Assembly: GCA_001464765.1 (NCBI GenBank)
Contig: LNDV01000025.1
Span: forward strand, 247,679-311,678
Source: Betaproteobacteria bacterium Ga0077526
GTDB taxonomy: Bacteria; Pseudomonadota; Gammaproteobacteria; Burkholderiales; Ga0077523
Length of the DNA stretch: 64,000 bases
Direction: 5' to 3'
Shown here: positions 1-10,045 of the stretch, piece after piece
Numbering within the stretch: the stretch's first letter is position 1
Layout: every line of letters begins with the position of its first letter
Program-made: the position numbers and the translations under genes
The notes under the pieces: model-generated
Told to the model about the DNA's origin: nothing
Databases searched by the model: none
Seen by the model: the letters and a program-made list of their open reading frames with translations, nothing else

Positions 1-1324
1 CGGTGAGCATGGAAGGCGCCGTCGAGGTGTACGCATAGGCTCCCGCCTTCATGCGGTCCCAGCCCTGCTCCATCTTGATGGCCATCATCTCGACCGCGAT
101 GATGGCGTCGTCCACGAGCAGGCCCAGCGCGATGATCAGCGCGCCCAGCGAGATGCGCTGCAGGTCGATGCCGAAGAAGCGCATGCACAGGAACGTCATG
201 GCCAGGACCAGCGGAATCGACAGGGCCACCACGATGCCGGTGCGGAACCCGAGGGACAGGAAGCTCACGGCCAGCACGATCACCACGGCTTCGCCCAGCG
301 TGCGCATGAACTCGTTCACCGAGCGCCCCACCACCGTGGGCTGGTCGGCGACCTGGTGCACGTCGATGCCGACCGGCAGCTCGCGCGTGAGGCGCCCCAT
401 GGTGGCTTCCAGCGCCTTGCCCATGGCGATGATGTCGCCGCCCTTGCGCATGGAGACCGCGAGACCCATCGCCGGCTTGCCGTTGAAGTGCATCAGGCTC
501 TCGGGCGGGTCCGTGTAGCCGCGCCGGACCGTGGCGATGTCGCCCAGCCGGAACAGCCTGCCGTTGGCCTGGATGCCGATCTCGCGGATGCTCTCCACGG
601 ACTTGAAGTCGCCGCTGACGCGCACGAACACCTTGTCGTCGCGCGTCTCGAAGTTTCCGGAGGGCGTCATCTCGTTCTGCTGACGCAGCACCTGGAACAG
701 CGACAGCGGGTCGATGCCGAGCGTCGTCAGCTTGCGGTGCGACATCTCGATCCAGATCTTCTCGGCCTGCTCGCCCAGGATGTCGACCTTGCCGACGTCG
801 CGCACCTGCAGCAGTTCGCGGCGGATGTCCTCCACGTAGTCGCGCATCTCCGCGAAGCCATAGCTGTCACTCGTGAACGCGTAGATGTTGCCGAAGGTGT
901 CGCCGAACTCGTCGTTGAAGAACGGCCCGCGCACGCCGGAAGGCATGGAGAAGCGGATGTCCGAGAGCTTCTTGCGGACCTGATACCAGGAGTTGGGGAC
1001 TTCCTTGGGCGGGATGCCATCCTTCAGGTACACGAAGATCAGCGACTCGCCCGGCCGCGAGAAACTCCGGGTGTAGTCGAGGTAGGGGACTTCCTGGAGC
1101 TTCTTCTCGATGCGCTCGGTGACCTCCTGCTCCACCTCGCGCGCGGTCGCGCCGGGCCACATGGCCCGAACCACCATGATCTTGAAGGTGAACTCCGGGT
1201 CCTCCGCCTGGCCGAGATTCAGGTAGGACATGGCGCCCGCCACGGCGAACGCGATCATGAAGTACAGCGTGAGCACCGGATGCTCCAGTGCCCACCGCGA
1301 AAGATTGGGGCGGGTCGGGATCAT
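1..1324 (-). CDS. RND efflux transporter permease (AcrB/HAE1-like); 5' part only, the N-terminal ~441 aa, continuing beyond the window start
   Basis: Minus-strand translation from the ATG at 1322-1324 reads MIPTRPNLSRWALEHPVLTLYFMIAFAVAGAMSYLNLGQAEDP..., a typical RND N-terminus. It is absent from the ORF track because there is no in-window stop. Its ATG overlaps the TGA of the upstream MFP (ATGA). Confidence 0.7.
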   Translation of the reverse strand, partial: MIPTRPNLSRWALEHPVLTLYFMIAFAVAGAMSYLNLGQAEDPEFTFKIMVVRAMWPGATAREVEQEVTERIEKKLQEVPYLDYTRSFSRPGESLIFVYLKDGIPPKEVPNSWYQVRKKLSDIRFSMPSGVRGPFFNDEFGDTFGNIYAFTSDSYGFAEMRDYVEDIRRELLQVRDVGKVDILGEQAEKIWIEMSHRKLTTLGIDPLSLFQVLRQQNEMTPSGNFETRDDKVFVRVSGDFKSVESIREIGIQANGRLFRLGDIATVRRGYTDPPESLMHFNGKPAMGLAVSMRKGGDIIAMGKALEATMGRLTRELPVGIDVHQVADQPTVVGRSVNEFMRTLGEAVVIVLAVSFLSLGFRTGIVVALSIPLVLAMTFLCMRFFGIDLQRISLGALIIALGLLVDDAIIAVEMMAIKMEQGWDRMKAGAYAYTSTAPSMLT

Positions 1325-2421
1325 GGGGCGCGGGGCGCGAGGATGCGGACCTTCTCGTTGGGGAACAGCTTCTGCACGCCGGCGCGCACCACCGTGTCGC
1401 CGGGCTTCAGGCCCGCGACGATGGTGACGTGATCATCGGCAAAGCGCCCCACCTTCACCGGACGCAGGCTCACCTGACTCGCCGCCGGATCGACGATCCA
1501 CACGGCCGTGTCCGACCCCTTCTGGTAGAGCGCCGTGGACGGCAGCCGCACCGTGTTCGCGTCCGCCGCCACGTCGAGAAACACGTTGGCTGTCATGCCG
1601 AGCTGCACCTGATCGTCCGGGTCGAGCAGCGAGATCTTGGCGAGGTAGGTCCGGGTGATGGCATCGGCGCTCGGCGCGATTTCACGCACACGCCCTTTGT
1701 AGAGGTGATCCGGCGAGGCCCACAGATTCACCCGCACTTCGGCGCCGCGTTTCAGCTCGTTCAGCCGATTCTCGGGAATGCTGACCGCCACCTCCTTGAA
1801 CCCGGGCCGGGCGATGCGGAACACCGGCTGACCGGCGGCGACCACTTGTCCGGCCTCGGCAGCGATCGCCGTGACCACGCCGTCCTCCTGCGCGCGCAGC
1901 GTGGTGTAGTCGGCCTGGTTGCGATTAACGGAGAGCTGGGCTCGCGCCTGCGAGAGTTGGGCGGCCGCGACGTCGAAGGCAGCCTTGCGCCGGTCGTACT
2001 CGGCCGCACTGATGAAGCCCTGCCGGAAGAGATCGCCGAAGCGGGCGAGATCGGCCTTGGCCTGGGTGTGCGAGGCTTCCGCCGCCGCCACGCCCTGCCG
2101 CGCCCCCTCGATGCCGAGATTCTGGTCGCCGGGATCGAGCCGCGCGAGCACCTGGCCGCGCTTCACGACATCGCCGACTTCCGCCATGCGCTCGGCGACC
2201 TTGCCGGGCACCCGGAAACCGAGTGCGGTCTCGTAGCGCGCGCGGATGTCGCCCGTGTAGCTCGCGGACAGCGTGCCGTTGCCCGCCTCCACGCGCACCA
2301 CGTTGACTGCCCGCGGCGCCTCCACCGGCTTCGCCTCGGGTTTGCAGGCGGCAAGCGCCAGAGGCAACAGCAGTGCGGGAAGCATCCTGGCCATGGGGCC
2401 CGTGCCTGTCGTTGTCTTCAT
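1321..2421 (-). CDS. RND efflux periplasmic adaptor (membrane fusion protein), lipoprotein-type
   Basis: Lies within track ORF 1321..2856. The internal start [29 protein letters not shown] gives a lipobox signal. Biotinyl-lipoyl, beta-barrel and MP domains are recognisable (VFRIARPGFKEVAVSIPE..., RVNLW...YKGRVREIAP). The start overlaps the RND stop at 2418-2421; alternative starts lie at 2394 and 2385. Confidence 0.8.
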   Translation of the reverse strand: MKTTTGTGPMARMLPALLLPLALAACKPEAKPVEAPRAVNVVRVEAGNGTLSASYTGDIRARYETALGFRVPGKVAERMAEVGDVVKRGQVLARLDPGDQNLGIEGARQGVAAAEASHTQAKADLARFGDLFRQGFISAAEYDRRKAAFDVAAAQLSQARAQLSVNRNQADYTTLRAQEDGVVTAIAAEAGQVVAAGQPVFRIARPGFKEVAVSIPENRLNELKRGAEVRVNLWASPDHLYKGRVREIAPSADAITRTYLAKISLLDPDDQVQLGMTANVFLDVAADANTVRLPSTALYQKGSDTAVWIVDPAASQVSLRPVKVGRFADDHVTIVAGLKPGDTVVRAGVQKLFPNEKVRILAPRAP

Positions 2422-5400
2422 CGGAGCATTTCCTCTTCCTGGCCGGCGCGCGCCGGTCCCGTTGGGGCGGTGTCCTGCGGCACGGAGCCGCCCCAACGTC
2501 TGCGAAGGAACTTCTCGAAGTCGTCGAGATAGGTGTAGACCACCGGTACCACCAGCAGCGTCAGGAACGTCGAGGCGAGCACCCCGCCGATGACCGCGTG
2601 GGCCATCGGGGCGCGCGTCTCGGCGCCCTCCCCGACGCCGAGCGCCAGGGGCAGCATGCCGAACACCATGGCCGCCGTCGTCATCAGAATCGGGCGCAGC
2701 CGGACCCTCGCCGCCTCGTGAATCGCGTGGGTCCGGTCGTCGCCGCGGGCAACAGCTTGGTTCACGAAGTCCACCAGCAGGATCGCGTTCTTCGTGACCA
2801 GCCCCATCAGCATGATGAAGCCGATCGTCGAGAAGATGTTGAGCGTGCTGCGCCACAGGAGCAACGCCCCCAGGACCCCGATCAGCGACAGCGGCAGCGA
2901 CACCATGATAGCAACTGGCTGCAGGAAGCTGCGGAACTGGGATGCCAGAATCAGATAGATGAATACGACCGCCAGGGCGAGCGCCTGGACCGCGTAGGCG
3001 GACGTCTCGGCGATATCCTTGGCGGAGCCACCCATCACGAAGCGGTAGCCCGGCGGAATGGCGATGTCCGCGAGCCTAGCCTTCAGTTCCTTGCTCACGT
3101 CCCCGGCCGGCCGGCCGTGCACGTTGGCCGACACGAGCACTTCGCGCTGAAGATCCCGGCGGTTGATCTGCGTGGGTCCCGTCGCCGGGACGAACTGCGC
3201 GACCTGTCGCAGGGCGATCATCCGGGCCTCCCCGTCCACTGCGGACCGCGCGACGTACAGCCGTTCGAGATCGGCCCCGGTGCGGCGATCTTCCTGCGGC
3301 AGCCGCACCCGCACGTCGTAGTTCTCCGCATCGGGCGCCTTCCAGGTGCTGATCGCCTCGCCGGCGATCAGCGGCCGCAGCGCACCTCCCACTTCCGCGA
3401 GTCCGACGCCGAGGTCGCTCGCCGCCTCGCGGTCGAGGCGGACCTCGAGGGTGGGCTTCGCAGCCTTCAGGGAACTGTCCAGATCCACCGGACCGGGTAC
3501 CGAGCGCAGGGCCGCCATCACCTCCCGCGACAGGCGCTCCAGCACGGCGATGTCCTGCCCCTGGATGCTCACCTGCAGCGGCTTGCCGCTCGACACGGAC
3601 GAGTACTGGCCTATGTACGTGACGTCGATCCCGGCGATTCGGGCCAGCCGCTCGCGGAACGGATGCGCGAGCGCCTTCTGCGACAGCTTGCGCTCGGCCC
3701 TCGGCTTGAGCCGCACGAACACGGTGCCGTAGTTCTTGCCCAGCACGAAGCCGGTGTTCAGCGTGGAATAGGTCTGCTCGACCTCGGCGAACTCACGCAG
3801 CGCCGCCTCCGCCTGCAGCACCTTGGCCCGCGTGAACTCCAGCGTCGAGCCCGGCGCGGTGTTGAGCTGCACGACGATCTCCGACAGATCCGCCTCGGGC
3901 AGGAACTCGGTGCCGATCGCGGGCACGAGCGCGAAGCTGCCGAAGAAGCTCGCCGCCGCGATGCCGATGGCGGTCTTGCGCCACACGAGCGCCCAACGGA
4001 CCATGGACTGGTAGAAGCCGCTCACCCGCTGGAAGCCCCACTCGAACGCCTGCAGCACCCGCGCGATCGGCCCCCTGCCGCGGGTCTCCAGCGCATCGGG
4101 GTCGTGCCACACGCTGGAGAGCATGGGGTCCAGCGTGAAGCTCACCAGCAGGGACAGCAGCACCGCACAGGTGACGGTCATGCCGAACGGGTAGAAGAAG
4201 CGTCCGATGATCCCGCCCATGAAGGCGACCGGCACGAACACCGCGCAGATGGTGAAGGTCGTGGCGAGCACCGCGAGGCCGATCTCGTTCGTGCCGTCGA
4301 GCGAGGCCTGGCGGTGGTCCTTGCCCATGCCGAGGTGGCGCACGATGTTCTCGCGCACCACGATGGCGTCGTCGATGAGCAGGCCGACGCTCAGGGACAT
4401 GCCCATGAGCGTCATCACGTTGAGCGAGTAGCCCAGCGCGTACATCGCCGTGAAGGTGCCGATCAGCGCGATCGGCAGCGTGAGCCCGGTGATCACCGTG
4501 CTGCGCCAGGAGCGCAGGAACAGGAACACGATCAGCACCGTGAGGCCGGCGCCCTCGACGATCGTGCTGCGCACGTTGGCGACGGAATTGCGGATGCCCT
4601 GCGAGGTGTCGCGCACGAAGGAGATCTTCACGTCAGGCGGCAGCTGGGACACGAGTTCGGTGACGACGCTGCGCACGCCCGCCACCACGTCGAGCGTGTT
4701 GGCGCTCTGTGCCTTGACGATGTCGATCGCCACGCCCGGCGTGCCGTTGATGAGTGCGACGCTCTCCTCCTCCTGCTGGCCATCGACGGCCTGCGCCACC
4801 TGCCACAGGTAGATCGGCGAGCCGCCGCGCCGCGCGACGATGATGTCGCGGAACTGCGCCACGTCGCGGATCCGGCCCTGCACCTTCACGAGCCGCTCCG
4901 ACTCGTTCGACGACAGCGCGCCGGCGGGCAGTTCCTGGTTTTCCTCGCGGATCGCGCGGATCACCTGGTCCACGCCCACACCGAGGGATTCCATCTCGGC
5001 CGGGCGCAGCACGATCTGCACTTCGCGGCGCGTCCCGCCGACCCGGGTGACCCGTCCCACGCCGCGGGCGCTTTCCACGCGCTTCATCACGACCTGGTCC
5101 GCGAGCATCGTGATCTCGCGCAGGCTCCGCGTGGGCGAGCTCAGCGCGAGCGACAGGATCGGGAACTCCTCGGGGTTGAATCGCGACACGACGGGCTCGT
5201 CCACTTCCTTGCGGAAGGCGGCGCGCGCACCGGCGACTTTCTCGCGCACATCCTGCGCGGCCCGTGACGGATCCGTCTTGAGGTCGAACTCTGCGATGAC
5301 CAGCGACTGGCCTTCGTACGATCGGGAGGTGAGCGTCTTCAGGCCGCTGATGGTGTTGACGGCCTCCTCGATGCGACGGGTGATGTCGGACTCCACCACC

Positions 5401-5570
5401 TCGGGCGCCGCGCCGACGTAGCGCGTGTTGACCACCACCACCGGGAAGTCGACCGACGGGAACTGCTCCACGGACAGGCGCCCGTAGGAGAACACCCCCA
5501 GGACCAGAATCCCGAGCATGAGCATCGTGGCGAAGACGGGGTTGCCGATGCTGACGCGGGTGAACCACAT
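2418..5570 (-). CDS. RND multidrug efflux transporter permease (HAE1/AcrB family), 1050 aa
   Basis: Full-length ORF. The N-terminus [47 protein letters not shown] is the AcrB signature, and the 12-TM topology is apparent. Confidence 0.9.
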   Translation of the reverse strand: MWFTRVSIGNPVFATMLMLGILVLGVFSYGRLSVEQFPSVDFPVVVVNTRYVGAAPEVVESDITRRIEEAVNTISGLKTLTSRSYEGQSLVIAEFDLKTDPSRAAQDVREKVAGARAAFRKEVDEPVVSRFNPEEFPILSLALSSPTRSLREITMLADQVVMKRVESARGVGRVTRVGGTRREVQIVLRPAEMESLGVGVDQVIRAIREENQELPAGALSSNESERLVKVQGRIRDVAQFRDIIVARRGGSPIYLWQVAQAVDGQQEEESVALINGTPGVAIDIVKAQSANTLDVVAGVRSVVTELVSQLPPDVKISFVRDTSQGIRNSVANVRSTIVEGAGLTVLIVFLFLRSWRSTVITGLTLPIALIGTFTAMYALGYSLNVMTLMGMSLSVGLLIDDAIVVRENIVRHLGMGKDHRQASLDGTNEIGLAVLATTFTICAVFVPVAFMGGIIGRFFYPFGMTVTCAVLLSLLVSFTLDPMLSSVWHDPDALETRGRGPIARVLQAFEWGFQRVSGFYQSMVRWALVWRKTAIGIAAASFFGSFALVPAIGTEFLPEADLSEIVVQLNTAPGSTLEFTRAKVLQAEAALREFAEVEQTYSTLNTGFVLGKNYGTVFVRLKPRAERKLSQKALAHPFRERLARIAGIDVTYIGQYSSVSSGKPLQVSIQGQDIAVLERLSREVMAALRSVPGPVDLDSSLKAAKPTLEVRLDREAASDLGVGLAEVGGALRPLIAGEAISTWKAPDAENYDVRVRLPQEDRRTGADLERLYVARSAVDGEARMIALRQVAQFVPATGPTQINRRDLQREVLVSANVHGRPAGDVSKELKARLADIAIPPGYRFVMGGSAKDIAETSAYAVQALALAVVFIYLILASQFRSFLQPVAIMVSLPLSLIGVLGALLLWRSTLNIFSTIGFIMLMGLVTKNAILLVDFVNQAVARGDDRTHAIHEAARVRLRPILMTTAAMVFGMLPLALGVGEGAETRAPMAHAVIGGVLASTFLTLLVVPVVYTYLDDFEKFLRRRWGGSVPQDTAPTGPARAGQEEEMLR

Positions 5571-5588
5571 GGCGTTCGGTCCGGAGAC

Positions 5589-6743
5589 TCAGGCAGCCGG
5601 CTTGGCCGGGCCCACCCGGACGCGGTCGCCGGGCCGCACGTTGCCGAGATTCGCGTTCAGTACCCTGGCCCCCGGTGTCAGGCCCTCCAGCACCTGTACC
5701 ACGCCGCGGGCGATGTCCCGCGCGCCGAGGCGGACGACCCTGCGGCTCACAAGCCCGTCGGCGACGACCAGGACGAAGGCCTCTCCGCCCTCCTCGCGCA
5801 CCGCGGCGACCGGCAGGAGGACCGCGGCATCCACGGTACCCGCGAGCAGTTGTCCCTTGGCGAACATGCCCCCCTTCAATTCGCGGCCTGCGTTGTCGAG
5901 GACCACATAGACCTTCACCGCGCGCGAGCGGTCATCGGCGGTGGGATTGATGCGCTCCACCCGGCCGACGAACCCCTTCTCGGACATGCCCTCGATCCGG
6001 AAGGCGACGCTCGCCCCCACGGCCACCATCCCGATGTCGGACGCGGGAACATCCGCCTCCAGCTCGAGGCGAGACAGGTCGACGAGAGAGACGATGCGGG
6101 CGTCGACCGGCAGCTTCTCGCCGGGCTGGCTGAATCTCTCTGCGACGATGCCACCCATCGGCGCGAACACGCGGGCATCGGCAGCGGCCTTGCGCGCCAG
6201 TTCGAGCTGAGCCTCGGCCACTCGGACATTGGCCTGCGCCACCTCCACCGTGCTGGCCACGGTGTCCGCCGCGTTGCGCGAGATGAACTTCTGCTCCAGC
6301 AATTGTTCATTCATCGTCCAGTTCTTCCGGGCGAGGCTCAGCTGCGCACGGGAGGCTTCCAGTCCCGCCCGCTTCTCGGCGACACGCGCCCGCAGCTCGG
6401 TGTCGTCGATCTCGGCGATCAGTTCACCGCGACGCACCGTGGTGCCTTCGCGAACGCGGAGTTCCCGGAGTTCCCCGGCCACCTTCGACTTGACCAGGGT
6501 CTTGGCATACGGCCGCAAGGTGCCCGACAGGGGAATCGTGTGCTGCAGGGGTCCCTGCGTGACTTCGCCCAGGTCGACCGGGGCGAGCTCCATGACCCGC
6601 GCCTCGGCGGGTCTGGCGGCGTCGGTCTTCGGGGCGCCGCGGTGCTTGAGGGCCCACGCCCCGCCGCCGGCAAGCGCCACGACCGCGATCGCCAGCAGGA
6701 TCCTGCGCGTCCAGGGACCGCGCCGGCCGGGGGCGGCGCTCAT
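5589..6743 (-). CDS. RND efflux periplasmic adaptor (membrane fusion protein)
   Basis: Internal start MSAAPGRRGPWTRRILLAIAVVALAGG (one TM anchor) within track ORF 5589..7481. Coiled-coil hairpin and MFP beta-barrel motifs are present. The ATG overlaps the TetR stop (ATGA at 6740-6743). Confidence 0.85.
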   Translation of the reverse strand: MSAAPGRRGPWTRRILLAIAVVALAGGGAWALKHRGAPKTDAARPAEARVMELAPVDLGEVTQGPLQHTIPLSGTLRPYAKTLVKSKVAGELRELRVREGTTVRRGELIAEIDDTELRARVAEKRAGLEASRAQLSLARKNWTMNEQLLEQKFISRNAADTVASTVEVAQANVRVAEAQLELARKAAADARVFAPMGGIVAERFSQPGEKLPVDARIVSLVDLSRLELEADVPASDIGMVAVGASVAFRIEGMSEKGFVGRVERINPTADDRSRAVKVYVVLDNAGRELKGGMFAKGQLLAGTVDAAVLLPVAAVREEGGEAFVLVVADGLVSRRVVRLGARDIARGVVQVLEGLTPGARVLNANLGNVRPGDRVRVGPAKPAA

Positions 6744-7414
6744 CGGGCCTCCGGCAACGCGGAGGCACCCGCGGCGGGTCTGGCGCGAAGGCCGTCGATC
6801 GCGAGTCGCATGTGGATGCCCAGGTACTTCTCGGGATCGATCGGCTGACGCTCGCACATGCTGAAGGAGTGGCGCCAGAGGAGCAGGAAAACCAGGGGTG
6901 CCAGGACGAGCCGGGTACCGTACTCGGGATCGATCGCGATGAACTCCCCGCGATCGCGCCCGGCCTCCAGAACCTTGCGCACCAGCCCGTATCCGCGACT
7001 GATGACTTCGGTGTAGTAGAAGTCCGCCAGTTCCGGGAAATTCTTGGCCTCGGCGAACATGAGCTTGGGAATGCCGCCAAGCTGGGAAGTGCCGACCTCT
7101 TCCCACCAGCCGAAGATGATCTTCTCCAGGAGTTCGGTCATGGGGCCGGAGTGTGCCTCGAAGACTTTCTCGCCGCGCTGGATGGCCGGCACCAGCCCGC
7201 CGCGGATCACGGCCTTGAAAAGGCTCTCCTTGCTGTCGTAGTAGAGGTACAGGGTGCCCTTGCTGACACCGGCCCGGGCGGCGACGTCGTCGAGGCGGGT
7301 GGCGGCGTAGCCCTTCTCGACGAAGATGTCGAGCGCGGCGGCCAGGAGTTCGGCGGGACGGGCTTCCTTGCGGCGGGTCCAGCGGGTGAGCGCCGGCGAA
7401 GCGGTCTTGGGCAT
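6740..7414 (-). CDS. TetR/AcrR family transcriptional repressor
   Basis: The N-terminal HTH RRKEARPAELLAAALDIFVEKGYAATRLDDVAARAGVSKGTLYLYY is the TetR_N signature. It is the first gene of the efflux operon. The start is uncertain: ATG at 7414 or TTG at 7444. Confidence 0.85.
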   Translation of the reverse strand: MPKTASPALTRWTRRKEARPAELLAAALDIFVEKGYAATRLDDVAARAGVSKGTLYLYYDSKESLFKAVIRGGLVPAIQRGEKVFEAHSGPMTELLEKIIFGWWEEVGTSQLGGIPKLMFAEAKNFPELADFYYTEVISRGYGLVRKVLEAGRDRGEFIAIDPEYGTRLVLAPLVFLLLWRHSFSMCERQPIDPEKYLGIHMRLAIDGLRARPAAGASALPEAR

Positions 7415-7420
7415 GGAGCT

Positions 7421-7446
7421 TGTTATTGACTGATTGGTCAGCAATG
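7421..7446. promoter_or_regulatory. Candidate TetR operator in the divergent tetR / AmmeMemoRadiSam intergenic region
   Basis: Imperfect palindrome TTGACTGATTGGTCAGCAA (TGAC-N6-GTCA) immediately at the tetR start. Assigned by position only. Confidence 0.3.
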
Positions 7447-7556
7447 TAAGCGACGTGCTGCAGTGCGGTCAACGCCGGCAAACCGGGAAAGACCGCGGTT
7501 GCGGGCGGCAGACCCCGGCGCTACGCTGCCCGGGTACCCCCAGAGAGGTTTCATCG

Positions 7557-8924
7557 ATGCAGGTCACGACACGTCCGCCGGCTGTGGCCGGACAGTTCTA
7601 CGCCGCCGATCCGGTCGCGCTGCGGCGGGACGTCCGCACCCTGCTGGCGGAAGCGCAGCCCCACGGCGCCGTGGCGGTGCCGAAGGCACTGATCGCTCCC
7701 CATGCGGGATACGTGTACTCGGGGCCGGTGGCGGCCAGCGCCTACGCGCGCCTGGCCCCGCTGCGTGACAAGGTCCGCACGGTGGTGCTGCTGGGACCGA
7801 CGCATCGCGTCGCCGTTCACGGACTGGCGCTGCCCGGGGCAGACCGCTTCGCGACGCCGCTGGGCGAAGTTCCGGTCGATGCGGAGGCAGCCGCGGCCCT
7901 GGCCGACCTCCCGCAGGTCGTGGTCAGCCCGCAGGCCCACGCGCAGGAACATGCGCTGGAGGTGCACCTGCCCTTTCTCGTGGAGGCGCTGGGCACCTTC
8001 CGGCTGCTGCCGCTGGCCGTGGGTCGTGCGAGCCCTGACGAAGTTGCCGAAGTGCTGGACCGGCTCTGGGGCGGACCGGAGACGCTCATCGTCGTGAGTT
8101 CGGACCTCTCCCACTATCAGCCGTACGACGCCGCGAAACGCACAGACCAGAGCACGGTGCGACGCATGCTGGCCTTCTCGACGGATATCGACCCGCACGA
8201 GGCCTGCGGCGCGGCGCCCGTCAACGGCCTGCTGCTTGCAGCCCGGCGCCGAGGCATGCAGGCGCAACTCCTCGACCTGCGGAACTCCGGCGACACGGCT
8301 GGCGATCGCCAGCGCGTGGTGGGCTATGCGTCCATCGCGCTGTTCGATGGGGTGCCGGGCAGCACAACGGAGGCGAAGGGCGAGGACCGCGGCACGACGC
8401 TGCTTCGGATCGCGCGGGCGGCCATCGCCCGGCAGCTCGGCCTCGATCGCCAGGTCCGCACCGACGCCCCCTGGCTGCAGGAGCCGGGCGCCGTGTTCGT
8501 GACGCTGCACAAACAGGGTGAGCTGCGCGGATGCATCGGCAGCCTCACCCCCCAGCGGCCCCTGCGCGAAGACGTCGAGAAGAACGCGCGCTCCGCGGCG
8601 TTTCTCGACCCGCGCTTCCGGCCGCTGTCGCTGCGCGAGTTCGACGAGGTCGACCTGGAGGTGAGTGTCCTGTCCGCCGCGGAGCCGATTCGCTTCACCG
8701 ACGAGGCCGACCTGCTGCGCCAGCTGCGGCCCGGCGTCGACGGGCTCATCCTCGAACACGGGCCGCACCGCGGCACCTTCCTCCCGCAGGTCTGGGAATC
8801 GCTGCCCGACCCCCGCGACTTCCTCGCGCATCTGAAGCGCAAGGCGGGGCTCCCGGCGGACATCCGCACGGCGGATCTGCGCATTTCCCGCTACACGGTG
8901 CAGCATTGGAACGAGACGAAGTGA
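7557..8924 (+). CDS. Fused AmmeMemoRadiSam system protein B (MEMO1-like, N-terminal) and protein A (AMMECR1 domain, C-terminal)
   Basis: Start MQVTTRPPAVAGQFYAADP with GAGAGG about 10 nt upstream. The N-terminal ~280 aa carry the MEMO1 motifs (APHAGYVYSG, GPTHR, EHALEVHLPFL, SSDLSHY). The C-terminal ~170 aa are AMMECR1-like (GAVFVTLHKQGELRGCIGSL...GTFLPQVW). One continuous ORF. Confidence 0.8.
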   Translation: MQVTTRPPAVAGQFYAADPVALRRDVRTLLAEAQPHGAVAVPKALIAPHAGYVYSGPVAASAYARLAPLRDKVRTVVLLGPTHRVAVHGLALPGADRFATPLGEVPVDAEAAAALADLPQVVVSPQAHAQEHALEVHLPFLVEALGTFRLLPLAVGRASPDEVAEVLDRLWGGPETLIVVSSDLSHYQPYDAAKRTDQSTVRRMLAFSTDIDPHEACGAAPVNGLLLAARRRGMQAQLLDLRNSGDTAGDRQRVVGYASIALFDGVPGSTTEAKGEDRGTTLLRIARAAIARQLGLDRQVRTDAPWLQEPGAVFVTLHKQGELRGCIGSLTPQRPLREDVEKNARSAAFLDPRFRPLSLREFDEVDLEVSVLSAAEPIRFTDEADLLRQLRPGVDGLILEHGPHRGTFLPQVWESLPDPRDFLAHLKRKAGLPADIRTADLRISRYTVQHWNETK

Positions 8925-10045
8925 CCCTGGCCCTCGAAGGCGAGTCGCATCCCGCCCGCTGGTGGCACGCCGCGGAAGACGGGCGTCTGCAGTGCGACCT
9001 GTGTCCGCGCGACTGCCGGCTGAACGACGGTCAGCGCGGCGCGTGCTTCGTCCGCGCGCGAACCGGGGACCGGATGGTGCTCACCACCTACGGGCGCTCG
9101 TCCGGCTTCTGCATCGATCCGATCGAGAAGAAGCCGCTCAACCATTTCTACCCAGGCACCTCGGTTCTGTCGTTCGGCACAGCCGGCTGCAACCTCGCGT
9201 GCAAGTTCTGCCAGAACTGGGACATCTCCAAATCGCGGGACATGGACCGCCTCATGGACCGCGCGAGTCCGGAAGCCATCGCGGACGCCGCGGTGCACGG
9301 CGGATGCCGGAGCGTCGCCTACACGTACAACGACCCCGTGATCTTCGCCGAGTACGCCATCGACGTGGCACAGGCCTGCCGGGACCGCGGCGTGAAGTCG
9401 GTCGCCGTGACCGCGGGCTACATGCACGCCGAACCGCGCCGCGAGTTCTACGCGCACATGGACGCCGCGAACGTCGATCTGAAGGCGTTCACCGAGGACT
9501 TTTACGTCCGCCAGACCGGTTCTCACCTCGCACCGGTGCTCGACACGCTGCGCTACCTCGTGCACGAGACGGACGTGTGGGTCGAGATCACGACGCTGCT
9601 CATCCCGGGCGCGAACGACAGCGACGCCGAACTCGCAGCACTGTCCGCCTGGGTGGCAAAGGATCTCGGGTCACACGTGCCGCTGCACTTCACTGCCTTC
9701 CACCCGGACTACCGCATGCAGGATAGACCCCGCACCCCCGCGTCCACGCTGACCCGGGCCAGGGACATCGCGATGGCCGAAGGCCTGCGCTATGTCTACA
9801 CGGGCAACGTGCACGACGCCACCGGCGGCACGACCTTCTGCCCCCGCTGCCACGAGGCGCTCGTCACGCGTGACTGGCACGACATCCGCGCGTACCACCT
9901 CACGCCAGGTGGCCACTGCCCCCATTGCGCCACCGAGATCCCCGGCCGCTTCGAACGTTTCCGCGGGGCGTTCGGGCCGCGCCGCATTCCTGTCCGGCTC
10001 TCCTCGCCGATGGCAGCTTCGCCCGCCGGACCGGAACGAACATGA
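8921..10045 (+). CDS. AmmeMemoRadiSam system radical SAM enzyme
   Basis: The GTG start overlaps the upstream stop (GTGA). Sequence ...HPARWWHAAEDGRLQCDLCPRDCRLNDGQRGACFVR, then CNLACKFCQNW, which is the CxxxCxxC radical SAM cluster motif typical of this family. Confidence 0.8.
   Translation: MTLALEGESHPARWWHAAEDGRLQCDLCPRDCRLNDGQRGACFVRARTGDRMVLTTYGRSSGFCIDPIEKKPLNHFYPGTSVLSFGTAGCNLACKFCQNWDISKSRDMDRLMDRASPEAIADAAVHGGCRSVAYTYNDPVIFAEYAIDVAQACRDRGVKSVAVTAGYMHAEPRREFYAHMDAANVDLKAFTEDFYVRQTGSHLAPVLDTLRYLVHETDVWVEITTLLIPGANDSDAELAALSAWVAKDLGSHVPLHFTAFHPDYRMQDRPRTPASTLTRARDIAMAEGLRYVYTGNVHDATGGTTFCPRCHEALVTRDWHDIRAYHLTPGGHCPHCATEIPGRFERFRGAFGPRRIPVRLSSPMAASPAGPERT

Noticed and set aside
2373-5267. 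964-aa plus-strand ORF antisense to the RND pump gene. Similar long antisense ORFs: 356..1432, 1288..2532, 5850..6848, 13996..16290, 16770..17882, 18482..19764, 9796..11052, 11302..12561, 55718..58288, 58892..60517, 60638..62056
   Set aside because: These are typical high-GC antisense artefacts. They are Arg/Gly/His-rich with low-complexity composition and no domains, whereas the opposite strand encodes clearly recognisable proteins.
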